Source: a virus
Length of the DNA: 64,000 nucleotides
Direction: 5' to 3' (one strand)
IMG/VR virus record: IMGVR_UViG_3300032136_000002
Span: 1 to 64,000 of that record
Part shown: in pieces, positions 46,388 to 55,530 of the stretch
How positions within the stretch are numbered: the first letter of the stretch is position 1
Layout of the letters: each line of letters opens with the position of its first letter
Program-made: the position numbers and the translations under genes
Notes under the pieces: generated by a model
The model's input: only the letters and a program-made list of their open reading frames with translations
What the model was told of the DNA's origin: nothing
The model's database searches: none

Positions 46388-47298
46388 CAGCCCTGCGTCC
46401 CTTTCCCAGTGAGGCGGCCTATGCCGGCACCTACGCGCTTGCCGACGGAGCCAAGAGTTTCACCTAGAGCGAAATTGCCTACGACGGGAAGTGCACCACC
46501 TGCGACGTATCCTGCACTGCTGCCGATAGCCTGTCCCACTACTGCCGGGTCACCCGTACGGACGCCTTCAGCTATAGCTGGGGCGGCCATGATACCCGTC
46601 ATCCCAATACCGAGCGGCCCTTGTACGCGCCCGATGTTTTTTAGAGTCTCAAGGCGTTTGCCCTTGGTCGCAAACCCCCGCATTACCCCGGGAATGGAAG
46701 TCAGCCCCTCTTGGGCTGCCCGTTGCATCTCAGGGGACACCTCCGTACCTGGAGCCAGCATGCGCTTGTAGGCCTCTTCACGCTCCTTGCCCGTCCAACC
46801 CCTACCTCCGAAACGACTCTTGCCTGCGACAATCTGCGCCTGCGTTCGAGGGGCGTACCCTGTCAGAGAGTGGGCCTGTCGTTGAACCGCCCGAGTTACC
46901 TGCTGTCGGCCGGCCCGCGTTGCCAACTGCCCCCCAGCCAAACCTGCCGCACCCCCCAGAATGGCCCCCCGCACGGCCCCGGCTCCCCGAGCTCCCTCCG
47001 GGGCAGTTGCGGCACCGTGCGCGGCTCCAACGCCTGCCCCCATCAGTGCGCCCGCCCCACGCCCCGTCCACGCTTCACGAACATGGGCTTTCCCAAAATG
47101 TTCGCCAACCCCTTTCACCCCAGGGATTTTGCTGACCAGCTGGCCTACAGGACCTGAGGCTCGCCGCAACGTGTCTGACGCACCGCCTAGTGCTCGGCCG
47201 ACCGTGCGGAGGCCAGGCAAGAACGCCTCTTTCTGTAGAGCGTCGTCCCAGGTCTCTACAAGGGCCTGACTGAACTCGGCGCTATTGAGTTTTTGCAT
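46387..47298 (-). CDS. K-x-A motif internal protein with glycine-zipper helices
   Basis: WDDALQKEAF N-terminus; G/A-rich. Confidence 0.65.
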   Translation of the reverse strand: MQKLNSAEFSQALVETWDDALQKEAFLPGLRTVGRALGGASDTLRRASGPVGQLVSKIPGVKGVGEHFGKAHVREAWTGRGAGALMGAGVGAAHGAATAPEGARGAGAVRGAILGGAAGLAGGQLATRAGRQQVTRAVQRQAHSLTGYAPRTQAQIVAGKSRFGGRGWTGKEREEAYKRMLAPGTEVSPEMQRAAQEGLTSIPGVMRGFATKGKRLETLKNIGRVQGPLGIGMTGIMAAPAIAEGVRTGDPAVVGQAIGSSAGYVAGGALPVVGNFALGETLGSVGKRVGAGIGRLTGKGTQG

Positions 47299-48052
47299 GG
47301 AAGGCCTCCAGTTGCTCTCTCAACGTCTTCGTCATCCCACGCGCATACTCGAAAGCCACGAGGAGTTTGCCCACTTGGACGTCGACGACACTTTCTTCCA
47401 GGTAGTCCTCTCGATCATACCCTTTGGAGTAGACCTCGTGAAACCGCTTGCGCACGGGCTCAGGATCGAAGACGGGAACCTTTTTCAGCGCCTTCTGCGG
47501 CGCACCGCAGGTATCGCACTCCTGGTTGTCGTCATCGGTGTCGATGTTGCCGCACCTCGTGCACCGGTACTCCGCCCGTGCTGCGTAGGGTTGAGCAAAG
47601 TGAATTGGGGGCGGCGTGTAGAACACCCCCTGCTCGAGGGAGCAGGCCGCCGCATACCGTGCAACCTCCTCTGCGAAGAAATGCTCCTTGGCCTGGTTCA
47701 TGACCTGGACACCGGCTATGAGCTGCGCCAGCGTGGGCATATCCAGCACTTTGAAATCCGGTATCTCCCCGTTAAGGCCAGAGATAGTGAGGGTGAACAC
47801 CTCCCACTGGGTCCACGGGGTATTGACCAAGTGCATCGTCTTGATGGCGTTGATACGGTTACGGTTCTGCGCGCTCACCTCCACCCCAAACTCACTTTTG
47901 ATCTCAGACCAGATGGTAGAGGGCTCCCAGGTCAACCACTCAGGCTTGAAAGCGTCGAGCAAGATGACATCGAGGGCCAGCGGATGCGCATTGGGATTGG
48001 TGAACATCAAACGCGTAGTGGAATCCCCTTCAGCCACCAGGGCCTCCTTCAA
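47282..48052 (-). CDS. hypothetical protein with Zn ribbon
   Basis: WEPSTIW motif; CTRC/CDTC. Confidence 0.6.
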   Translation of the reverse strand: MKEALVAEGDSTTRLMFTNPNAHPLALDVILLDAFKPEWLTWEPSTIWSEIKSEFGVEVSAQNRNRINAIKTMHLVNTPWTQWEVFTLTISGLNGEIPDFKVLDMPTLAQLIAGVQVMNQAKEHFFAEEVARYAAACSLEQGVFYTPPPIHFAQPYAARAEYRCTRCGNIDTDDDNQECDTCGAPQKALKKVPVFDPEPVRKRFHEVYSKGYDREDYLEESVVDVQVGKLLVAFEYARGMTKTLREQLEAFHAKTQ

Positions 48053-48094
48053 TTTGAGGTGTCCTCTAGAGATACCTGAAGATTGAGGGAAGTG

Positions 48095-48850
48095 CTATGC
48101 GAGGACACCGGTGAGCGACTGGGAGCGCACGCCGTCACTCGAGAAGGTGATGGCTACGAGGTCACCAACGGCACGGGCATCGGTCTCTGCGGTGAGGTCG
48201 GGCACGGTCACAGTGCAGGCCGTCTCGGTCAGAGCGGCTCCGCCGTTGGCGCCAGTGGTGTTGGCCGGCAGACACTCCACGCCGCTGACCCAACAGGTCC
48301 ACCCCTCGCCGGTCCCGCCCGTCAGCGCGGTGGCTGCGGTCACCACGGGGGTTCCCGCGCCGCCGCCGTTGCAGGTCAGATAGCCATCCGAGTCCGCCGC
48401 GTTGGCGTTGACCGCGGTGGCTATCTGGTCGGCGGTCGAGACACCAGCCTCTACCGTAATGACAAAAGCGTTCCCAGTCTTGGCCACAGCTTCGGAACCC
48501 GCCGTTCCACCGTCCGCGATTGCGACGGTGAAGTCATTGCCCGCAGTACCAGGCTTGAGCGCTGTGAACACGAGCTCAGCGGTCCCCGTGCCAAGGGTCA
48601 AGGCCGCAAAGTCTTGACCTTGTACCATGTTTGAGCCCTTGAGCACGATGTCACCGCCGGCTGCGGCCGGGTGACCGCCATCGACCCACTCGAGCTCGGA
48701 AAAGGTGCCGGAGCGCCCCTCGAGCACGGAGAAGCCGTTCTCGATGTCACTGCGCAGGTCCCCTATTTCACCGGGAACGCCGCCTTTGCCATTGGACACC
48801 AGATGGGGCCGCCGTGGCGCTTCCCCTCCAAAACTCTTGCTGATAGTCAT
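48095..48850 (-). CDS. putative virion surface/structural protein
   Basis: FTALKPGTAGND...ATALTGG sheath-like domain; RBS GAGGAGG. Confidence 0.6.
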   Translation of the reverse strand: MTISKSFGGEAPRRPHLVSNGKGGVPGEIGDLRSDIENGFSVLEGRSGTFSELEWVDGGHPAAAGGDIVLKGSNMVQGQDFAALTLGTGTAELVFTALKPGTAGNDFTVAIADGGTAGSEAVAKTGNAFVITVEAGVSTADQIATAVNANAADSDGYLTCNGGGAGTPVVTAATALTGGTGEGWTCWVSGVECLPANTTGANGGAALTETACTVTVPDLTAETDARAVGDLVAITFSSDGVRSQSLTGVLA

Positions 48851-48863
48851 CGTTCCTCCTCAC

Positions 48864-50075
48864 TCACGTTGTTGTCTGGGCTTGCGCCAACTGAGCGATC
48901 AAACGCTTTTGAACCAGCGGCATTGATTCAAAAATCGCCACCGGACTCTTTGTCATCTCTTTGACCATATCGTCGCCGAAGTGCTGCAAGAGCACGTCAC
49001 GGTTCTTCGCCGTCAGCTCGCGCAGACTCCGCTCTTCGAGGACCATGTTACCCTCAGTCCACTTCCACTCAGCCACCTTGGCCACGCCAAAGGTAGTCTC
49101 CCATGGGTCCGGGAGCTGAGAGTCCCACAGTCGGTCGGCATGGTTCATGATGTCCAACTGCGCTAAGACCTCGGCGAAGGTGTCGGGCTCAAGAGAAGCC
49201 TTCTTTTCGAGCAACTCGTCGAGCAGCGACACGCTCTCACTCGCACCATCGCGCCATAGCCGCTTGCGCAAGTTGACAGCAACCTTGATACCCCCGATGT
49301 CACGATACCCATCAGCGCCATAGTCCGAGGCAGTCTTGGACAGAGGGTACCCAATGGCATGGGCCCGAGCCGCGAGCTTCTCGCAGAAGCTTCGTCGGGT
49401 ACGCGGGTGGAGGTGACGGTAGTTCTGGTCAAAGTAATCAGCGGCCTCTTTGACCTGACGGTAACTGATCAGAGGAAACTGTCGATCCCCCTGATCAGAA
49501 ATCAAGGCATACCACCCATCGTCGTACTCCTCGGCTTCTTTGACAACATCCTCTCCCGTCACGTCGATGTAGGGGTTGGAGATGGTGTCATCCACAGCCA
49601 GCTTGCGCGCTGGCGTGTAGGCCGTGATGGGCATCTGACGGCTCCCCACGAGCTCACTATTTTTCTCGTGGCGCTCACCAGGAACCACTTTGAGTTCCGC
49701 ACCATCAGACTTGATTAGCGTCTTGGTGGCCAACTTGATCACCGAGAGCGGAGGCTCAATTTCGTAAGCTCGACAGGCTTTAAGCAAGTTGGCCGCCACC
49801 TTGGTCTGCGCCACCGGAGGGAGTGAGTCCTTCGTGTGGTGGAAATACGCGCAGGAGAGCAAGGCGTGACCCACGTCATGGCAAGCGAACTTACGCAGTT
49901 GCTCATCGCCGTTAACCAACACCCCGGCGAAGGCGTTATCGGGGAGACGGGCCTGCTCCTCAAGGCCCAGCATCTCCAGTGAAGCGAGCTCATCCGGCAG
50001 GGCCGCCCCTGTCTTGGTGAGCAGCGCACCGTTGTCGTCGTAGATATCGAGAACAACCCCAGCGAATTTGTTCAT
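48864..50075 (-). CDS. K-x-A motif head protein, first gene of the structural operon
   Basis: About 10 KxA motifs; LPDNAFA...RKF and RQFPL repeats. Confidence 0.6.
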   Translation of the reverse strand: MNKFAGVVLDIYDDNGALLTKTGAALPDELASLEMLGLEEQARLPDNAFAGVLVNGDEQLRKFACHDVGHALLSCAYFHHTKDSLPPVAQTKVAANLLKACRAYEIEPPLSVIKLATKTLIKSDGAELKVVPGERHEKNSELVGSRQMPITAYTPARKLAVDDTISNPYIDVTGEDVVKEAEEYDDGWYALISDQGDRQFPLISYRQVKEAADYFDQNYRHLHPRTRRSFCEKLAARAHAIGYPLSKTASDYGADGYRDIGGIKVAVNLRKRLWRDGASESVSLLDELLEKKASLEPDTFAEVLAQLDIMNHADRLWDSQLPDPWETTFGVAKVAEWKWTEGNMVLEERSLRELTAKNRDVLLQHFGDDMVKEMTKSPVAIFESMPLVQKRLIAQLAQAQTTT

Positions 50076-50208
50076 GCCTTCTGCTCCCTGGCAGGCGTCC
50101 TAGCTGCGGTGAATGCAGTCAGCTTACCACGAGACGCAAGCAAGCGAAAAGTTGGACCTGCCGCAGGTACAAGAACCCCGAAGCCAGAAACCTTAGGAGG
50201 TTAGTACC

Positions 50209-50697
50209 ATGGCTCTGATTGCAACGAAACCTGCTATGCGCTGTTTCGCCGATGTCGATACATTTGACCCGGCCAAAGATCGGTGCGCCGCATGCCACTT
50301 CCAGGATGCATGCGAGAAACAAATCGACGAAGACAACGTTGACGAACTCGAGCAAGAGGACAGCGAAGACGAGCTGGACGGCGTCAGTCGTTTAGCTGGG
50401 AGGGCGAATCCGTTTGCCTCCGCAGTGAGCGGATTCGCTCCAGGGGTAACGCAATATCACACAGTGACTCCGACAGCACCGTATTCCCCGCCCAGTCCCA
50501 ACCTCTCCTGTGAAGGCGTGTCGCCTGTAGTTCAGGTCCCACGGCAAGAGGGTGAAGAAGTCTGGGGTCGGCTGGCCAAGAACGTTGGCCTTGGTGCTTT
50601 AGCCAGGGCCCTGGTTGAAGCGAGTCTGGTCGCAGAGGACGAGCGAACGCGACCGGTGGGTCAGTGGGGCCGAGTGGATCGACCACGAAAGAAATAA
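50209..50697 (+). CDS. hypothetical Cys-containing protein
   Basis: RBS AGGAGG; CF...CAAC...C motif. Confidence 0.6.
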   Translation: MALIATKPAMRCFADVDTFDPAKDRCAACHFQDACEKQIDEDNVDELEQEDSEDELDGVSRLAGRANPFASAVSGFAPGVTQYHTVTPTAPYSPPSPNLSCEGVSPVVQVPRQEGEEVWGRLAKNVGLGALARALVEASLVAEDERTRPVGQWGRVDRPRKK

Positions 50698-50722
50698 CTA
50701 AGAGGGTGATTCATCGTCCGGG

Positions 50723-52645
50723 GTGGAGTACATATTAAGCATGACGCTTCGATTCCCCATCCTGGACGATGAAAAAGCCTACCTTGGAACATGGTTGTTC
50801 CTGCCCAAGAAGTACATTGCGGAACAGGTCCTCCGCAGTTCATTGACACTGCCCATTGATCAAACCCGTACAATGGTCTGTTTTCAGGATCATCCCAACC
50901 ACTTAGCTGTACCCCGATGCCTAATCCCGCGAGCTGAGTTGGAAACTCAGTTCCCTGTGGTGGACCTGATTCCCGCGTCTCAAGAGCACACCGTCCAGTC
51001 GGACATCACCCTCGACATGATGCGGCCCGACAGGAGCGTTCAGCATGACAGTGTTGAGGCCATGATCGAAGCCGGAGGCGGTATCCTCAACCTCAGCTGC
51101 GTAGCAGGAGACACTATCCTGGGCCTCAACCGAGGAGGCAAAGGGTTTTCCATGCCGATCTCCACGGTCTACGAGCGATTGCGTGGAGGGAGGTACGCTT
51201 GGGATACGTCGATACCTACAAAAATCCGAAGTTTGAAGGAGAACTGGGTTGGGCTGCATCGACTCGTAGATGTAGTTTGTACCGGAGTCAAAGAAACCGT
51301 TGTGTTACGACTAACCAACGGTAAAACCGTTACCCTAACTCCAGACCACCGTGTCCTAACGTCTCAAGGGTGGGTACCTGCTGGTGAGTTACATTGCGGG
51401 GACCTTGTAGTGACCGACGCTACCGCCCCCTCATGCAAAGATTCAAAAATCGAAGACGCGCACTGCGCCCACCACACCGCCGGATACGTCGGATTCGGTT
51501 ACGGCATGCCTTTTCAAGTTGAGGTTGAAAGCGTCACCCCAGGGCCTCAAACTCAGGTCTACGACGTAATCTGTGACGACCCTCATCACAACTTCGCAGG
51601 TAACGGAATAATTCTGCACAATTGCGGAATGGGAAAAACCGTAATCGCCCTCGAGCTCGTCGCCAGGCTGAAAAAGAAAACCCTCATCGTCGTCAAGGGT
51701 GACGGACTGATTGGGCAGTGGCGGGACCAAATTCAAGACCGCCTGAAATTCCCCACTGAGCTTGGCCTCATTCAGGGGCCGGTCAACTCTTGGAAGTGGG
51801 AGGGGTGCGCTATCACCCTTGCTTCCCTCGACACGCTCGCACGTCACCACGCCAATGTGCCTGCCGAGCTACGACGCAGCATGGGCGTAGTGGTGTGGGA
51901 CGAGTGCCACTCCGTTGCTGCGATGAGCTACAGCAAGACTGCGGCCTTGTTCCCCGGCCAGCGCTTTGGCCTCACCGCCACAGTGCACCGGGAGGACGAC
52001 ATGGAGAGCGTCTTCCTCTGGCACATCGGGCCCGTCGCTTTCAGCGACCTCACTCAAGACCTCATCCCGACGGTCACCCTTCTCCCCTCACCCATCGACC
52101 TGCGGTTGAACGACCCCTACGTCTACAGGCAGGTCTGCGATAAGCGGCGAGAGCTCAGCCACACCAAGTTGATGAACTACGTCGCCAACCTCGAACAGGA
52201 GATCAACTTCGTTGAGCGGCATCTCAGAGAAGCAGTCAACGCCGGGCGGCGCATCCTCGCCATCAGTTGGTCGAAGGACCAGCTCAACACCCTGCATAAG
52301 CGCTTCCCCCAAAGCGGCCTCATCACTGGGGACGTCAAGGGGGCCACTGCTCGACAGCGGGCTTTGTCTGACCACCAACTCACCTTCGGTATCGCCCAGC
52401 TTGCTCGAGAGGCCCTTGACGAGGCCGAGCTGGATACACTGTTCATCCTAACAGAGTACCGCTCAGCCGGTATGCTCCAGCAATCGGTTGGGCGAATTCA
52501 GAGGCTCCTCAAAGGCCGCAAGAAGAGCCCTCGCGTTGTGATCATCCAACACAACCGCGTGCAAGGCATCAGTCATCGAGCCCGCCATATGATCCGGTAT
52601 TTCCGTGCCCAAGGCTTCACTGTAGAAGAGGCACCTCAACGATAG
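50723..52645 (+). CDS. superfamily 2 (DExH) helicase with mini-intein
   Basis: Walker A S|CGMGKT, DECH, GLTAT, QSVGRIQR. Confidence 0.9.
   Translation: MEYILSMTLRFPILDDEKAYLGTWLFLPKKYIAEQVLRSSLTLPIDQTRTMVCFQDHPNHLAVPRCLIPRAELETQFPVVDLIPASQEHTVQSDITLDMMRPDRSVQHDSVEAMIEAGGGILNLSCVAGDTILGLNRGGKGFSMPISTVYERLRGGRYAWDTSIPTKIRSLKENWVGLHRLVDVVCTGVKETVVLRLTNGKTVTLTPDHRVLTSQGWVPAGELHCGDLVVTDATAPSCKDSKIEDAHCAHHTAGYVGFGYGMPFQVEVESVTPGPQTQVYDVICDDPHHNFAGNGIILHNCGMGKTVIALELVARLKKKTLIVVKGDGLIGQWRDQIQDRLKFPTELGLIQGPVNSWKWEGCAITLASLDTLARHHANVPAELRRSMGVVVWDECHSVAAMSYSKTAALFPGQRFGLTATVHREDDMESVFLWHIGPVAFSDLTQDLIPTVTLLPSPIDLRLNDPYVYRQVCDKRRELSHTKLMNYVANLEQEINFVERHLREAVNAGRRILAISWSKDQLNTLHKRFPQSGLITGDVKGATARQRALSDHQLTFGIAQLAREALDEAELDTLFILTEYRSAGMLQQSVGRIQRLLKGRKKSPRVVIIQHNRVQGISHRARHMIRYFRAQGFTVEEAPQR
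51098..51622 (+). mobile_element. mini-intein (175 aa, no endonuclease)
   Basis: S|CVAGDT...TPDHRVL...ILHN|C; inserted in Walker A; AT-richer codons. Confidence 0.9.
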
Positions 52646-52660
52646 CAATTAGGAGTAGTT

Positions 52661-53395
52661 ATGGATCAAACAGATGCGAGCTCCTACTTGAGTCACCTCG
52701 ACTGGGAGCTCGCGTGGTGCAAATGTACGCTGTGCCCTGAACTAGCCAAGCACCGCACCTATGTCATTCCCGGTTGGGGCAACCCAAAATCCAACATCAT
52801 GCTGGTCGGGGACAAGCCGGACGAAGAGGACGACGCAGCGGGTTACCCCTTTGTTGGCCGAGTAGGGAACATCCTCCGTGTGCTCCTCTACTACTACGCC
52901 GGTCTGTCCGACCATGAGTACTTCCTCGACTACGTCGTGATGTGCCGTACGGCGCGCGTGGCCGGGGGAGTGCTCAAACCCCGAGAGCCCAAAGCCGAAG
53001 AGGTCAAGAACTGCCAGGAACGGCTTCAGGGCGCCATCTACACCGTCGACCCCACCATCATCGTCGCCCTGGGCCCTCTGGCCCTGCGGGCGCTGACCGG
53101 TGAGGCCGGCGGCATCACAAAGACCCGTGGGTCAGTGTTCACTGCCAAAATCCCCGGCGTGCTCACTGAATCCATCATGTACCCCGTACTCGCCACCTAC
53201 GCCCCCAGCTACCTCGCGGTCAACACAAGCAAGCGAGAAGTAGCTAATGGGCTCTGGGACCAAATGAAAGCCGACTTGCGACTGGCAACTCGGCTCAGCG
53301 ACATAATGAACGAGAAATACTACGGAATCCCCCGGCCAGACCGGGAAGCTCTTGTCGAACAGAGGAAGGAAGAAGCCCGTGCACAAGATGAATGA
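52661..53395 (+). CDS. uracil-DNA glycosylase family 4
   Basis: CTLC, VGDKP..EDD..G.PFVG, IVALG, TYAPS. Confidence 0.85.
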   Translation: MDQTDASSYLSHLDWELAWCKCTLCPELAKHRTYVIPGWGNPKSNIMLVGDKPDEEDDAAGYPFVGRVGNILRVLLYYYAGLSDHEYFLDYVVMCRTARVAGGVLKPREPKAEEVKNCQERLQGAIYTVDPTIIVALGPLALRALTGEAGGITKTRGSVFTAKIPGVLTESIMYPVLATYAPSYLAVNTSKREVANGLWDQMKADLRLATRLSDIMNEKYYGIPRPDREALVEQRKEEARAQDE

Positions 53396-53810
53396 AAAGC
53401 GTGTTCAGCTCGCCCAGCAGCGCTACGAAGAGACCCGGGAGGCCCGAGACACCTTCTGGGTAGAGAACGCGGAGGTACTCGAACGCTATCAAGAGCTGTG
53501 CGAGCTGAACAACATGGCGCTCAAGCGCCTTGACCAAGCTTGCAGGGAGACCAAGGTCAGTGCAGGCCCGATGAAAGTACGCATCGCCCAACACCCGGTC
53601 TATGACGTGGACTACCTGGAGAATCTGTTCTCCACTCAGCCCGAGGTGTGCAAACAGCTCATCTCGGTGACCAAGAAAGTGAACCGGCCCTACTTTGAGA
53701 AACTGGCTAACCAAGGCTGCTTTACCGAAGAGACTCTCGGCCGCGCCATCACGCGTGTGGAGGAAAAGGTTCAGCTCATCGGAGCCCCTAAGCCTACAAT
53801 TCTTCAATGA
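53379..53810 (+). CDS. hypothetical protein
   Basis: Coupled ORF with an N-terminal coiled coil. Confidence 0.6.
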   Translation: MHKMNEKRVQLAQQRYEETREARDTFWVENAEVLERYQELCELNNMALKRLDQACRETKVSAGPMKVRIAQHPVYDVDYLENLFSTQPEVCKQLISVTKKVNRPYFEKLANQGCFTEETLGRAITRVEEKVQLIGAPKPTILQ

Positions 53811-54157
53811 AAATCAAACACCACATCGAAATCACGATCAAAGGGAAGGAGCCGTTTGTCTTGCCCCAAGAGATACCGAAATGGGTTGAAGAGCTCAAAG
53901 GTCACGTGGAGTCACTGGTTGGCGACGGGAAGGCCCAAATCTCCAGGAGCCGCCAATTTGGCTTGGCCACTGACTTTTCCCGAGTCAAAGTGTCCGGGCA
54001 CTTTGGGGTTACCCTGACGTGCAATCAGGACATCGAAACGATGAAGATGGCTGCTGACCTCGCCGGCTACATCGCTGACACCATTGTCTTTGAGGAAGAC
54101 TACGAGACGATGACCAACGTTTTGAGGCACTACAATGTTGAGCAACAAGCCAAGTAA
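53807..54157 (+). CDS. hypothetical protein
   Basis: ATGA overlap with the upstream gene. Confidence 0.6.
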   Translation: MKIKHHIEITIKGKEPFVLPQEIPKWVEELKGHVESLVGDGKAQISRSRQFGLATDFSRVKVSGHFGVTLTCNQDIETMKMAADLAGYIADTIVFEEDYETMTNVLRHYNVEQQAK

Positions 54158-54458
54158 AATTCGCGGGGTAGCCTGCACCAAGATTGAGATGAACATTCAC
54201 CCCGCCCACGGGGCCGCAGTCGAGGTGAGCTACGTGCTACACACTGAGGCCGGGAGAGCCGTGGCCGAGGGGAAGATGAGTGGGCCCTGGCCACAGGAAG
54301 TCGCTACTGCTGTGGACACACTCGTGAAATCAGTAGAGGGCACGATATTGAATAGTATATTTGGAGGTGAGACAAATGAACCCGATTTTGGAGGGAGCAC
54401 ACACTCAGAGGGCAATCGTTCCGCTCTCTTTGGAGCTCGAGTCCCAACCCGAGATTAA
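54135..54458 (+). CDS. hypothetical protein
   Basis: Coupled ORF; RBS GAGG. Confidence 0.5.
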   Translation: MLSNKPSKIRGVACTKIEMNIHPAHGAAVEVSYVLHTEAGRAVAEGKMSGPWPQEVATAVDTLVKSVEGTILNSIFGGETNEPDFGGSTHSEGNRSALFGARVPTRD

Positions 54459-55470
54459 AATTCACAAGTTCGACGAAGTCTACTCCGCGGTAGACCAGCT
54501 CAACCAGCTGAACATCCCCTCCCCACCTGAAATCAGGACTCTCGCCGACCTTGAGTTTGAGGATGCTGACGTAGTCAACGCTCCCGGCATCGGCCGGCTG
54601 CGCATGACCGACTGGGCCCAGCGGCGTATCGGGAGCATGATGGGGGTGAAATGGTCCAAATTCTTCGGGCCGATGGAACCTGACGCCATCAAGACGGCCA
54701 TCACGAGCCACCTCAACGGCGTGGGCGATAAAGGACAGGGTATCAAGCTGGTCAGCCGCGAGCTGATGGAGAGTGAGTCCTACAAGACCGACGGCATCCT
54801 GCGCGGCGTAGTCAGCCCTTCCTACAGTGAGTTCCGCGACGTCCACGCTCTGGACCGCCTGTACGAGGTGGCCGGCAGCATACTCGAGGTCGAGTGGGGC
54901 TTCACCGAGGTTCACCTCCTCGACAGTGGATCTTACTTCAACCTGATCCATACCTACCCATTCCCTCTCATACCTGGATCGGGTGACACCGCTTACGTGG
55001 GCCTGCAGCTGCGCAACAGCGAAGTAGGCGCGCATTCTTGGGAAGGTATCGCTCGGGTCCTGCGCCTTGTGTGCGTCAACGGTATGATGGTCCCCTTGTT
55101 CTCAGGCAAAGTGTTCCGGTTCATCCACAAGGGCATGCAGCTGGAACGGATTGACCAGTCAATCGAGGAAGCATTGGATCAGTGTTACCAGTCAATGGAG
55201 CAGCTGCCCCCGATGTACGGGAAGCTCTTGGACCGTCCTATCGACGAGCCCGAAGAGCACCTCCGTTCCTTCCTCGAGAGTCACAACGTCAGCTTGACCG
55301 TAAGGGATGCTGTGGTCGATGCGTACGCTACTGAAGAAATCGAAGGCGACAACGCTTACCGCGCACTGCAAGCCATCACCCGGATGAGTCCTGCTTTGCG
55401 CGACGACCCCCAACGTCAGCGTGACATTGAGATTCTGGCCGGCCAATACACAGAACACATGTTGCAGTAG
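54376..55470 (+). CDS. DUF932/DUF945-like protein
   Basis: GLQLRNSEVG...RLVCVNGM...FIHKG motif set; RBS GGAGGT. Confidence 0.7.
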   Translation: MNPILEGAHTQRAIVPLSLELESQPEIKIHKFDEVYSAVDQLNQLNIPSPPEIRTLADLEFEDADVVNAPGIGRLRMTDWAQRRIGSMMGVKWSKFFGPMEPDAIKTAITSHLNGVGDKGQGIKLVSRELMESESYKTDGILRGVVSPSYSEFRDVHALDRLYEVAGSILEVEWGFTEVHLLDSGSYFNLIHTYPFPLIPGSGDTAYVGLQLRNSEVGAHSWEGIARVLRLVCVNGMMVPLFSGKVFRFIHKGMQLERIDQSIEEALDQCYQSMEQLPPMYGKLLDRPIDEPEEHLRSFLESHNVSLTVRDAVVDAYATEEIEGDNAYRALQAITRMSPALRDDPQRQRDIEILAGQYTEHMLQ

Positions 55471-55473
55471 GTC

Positions 55474-55510
55474 GAGGGGAGCGGTGGGCCCGACCTGCCG
55501 CTCCCCTTCT
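55474..55510 (+). terminator. stem-loop
   Basis: GAGGGGAGCGG...CCGCTCCCCTT inverted repeat. Confidence 0.5.
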
Positions 55511-55530
55511 GTCTTCTGAGGAGGTGTGAT

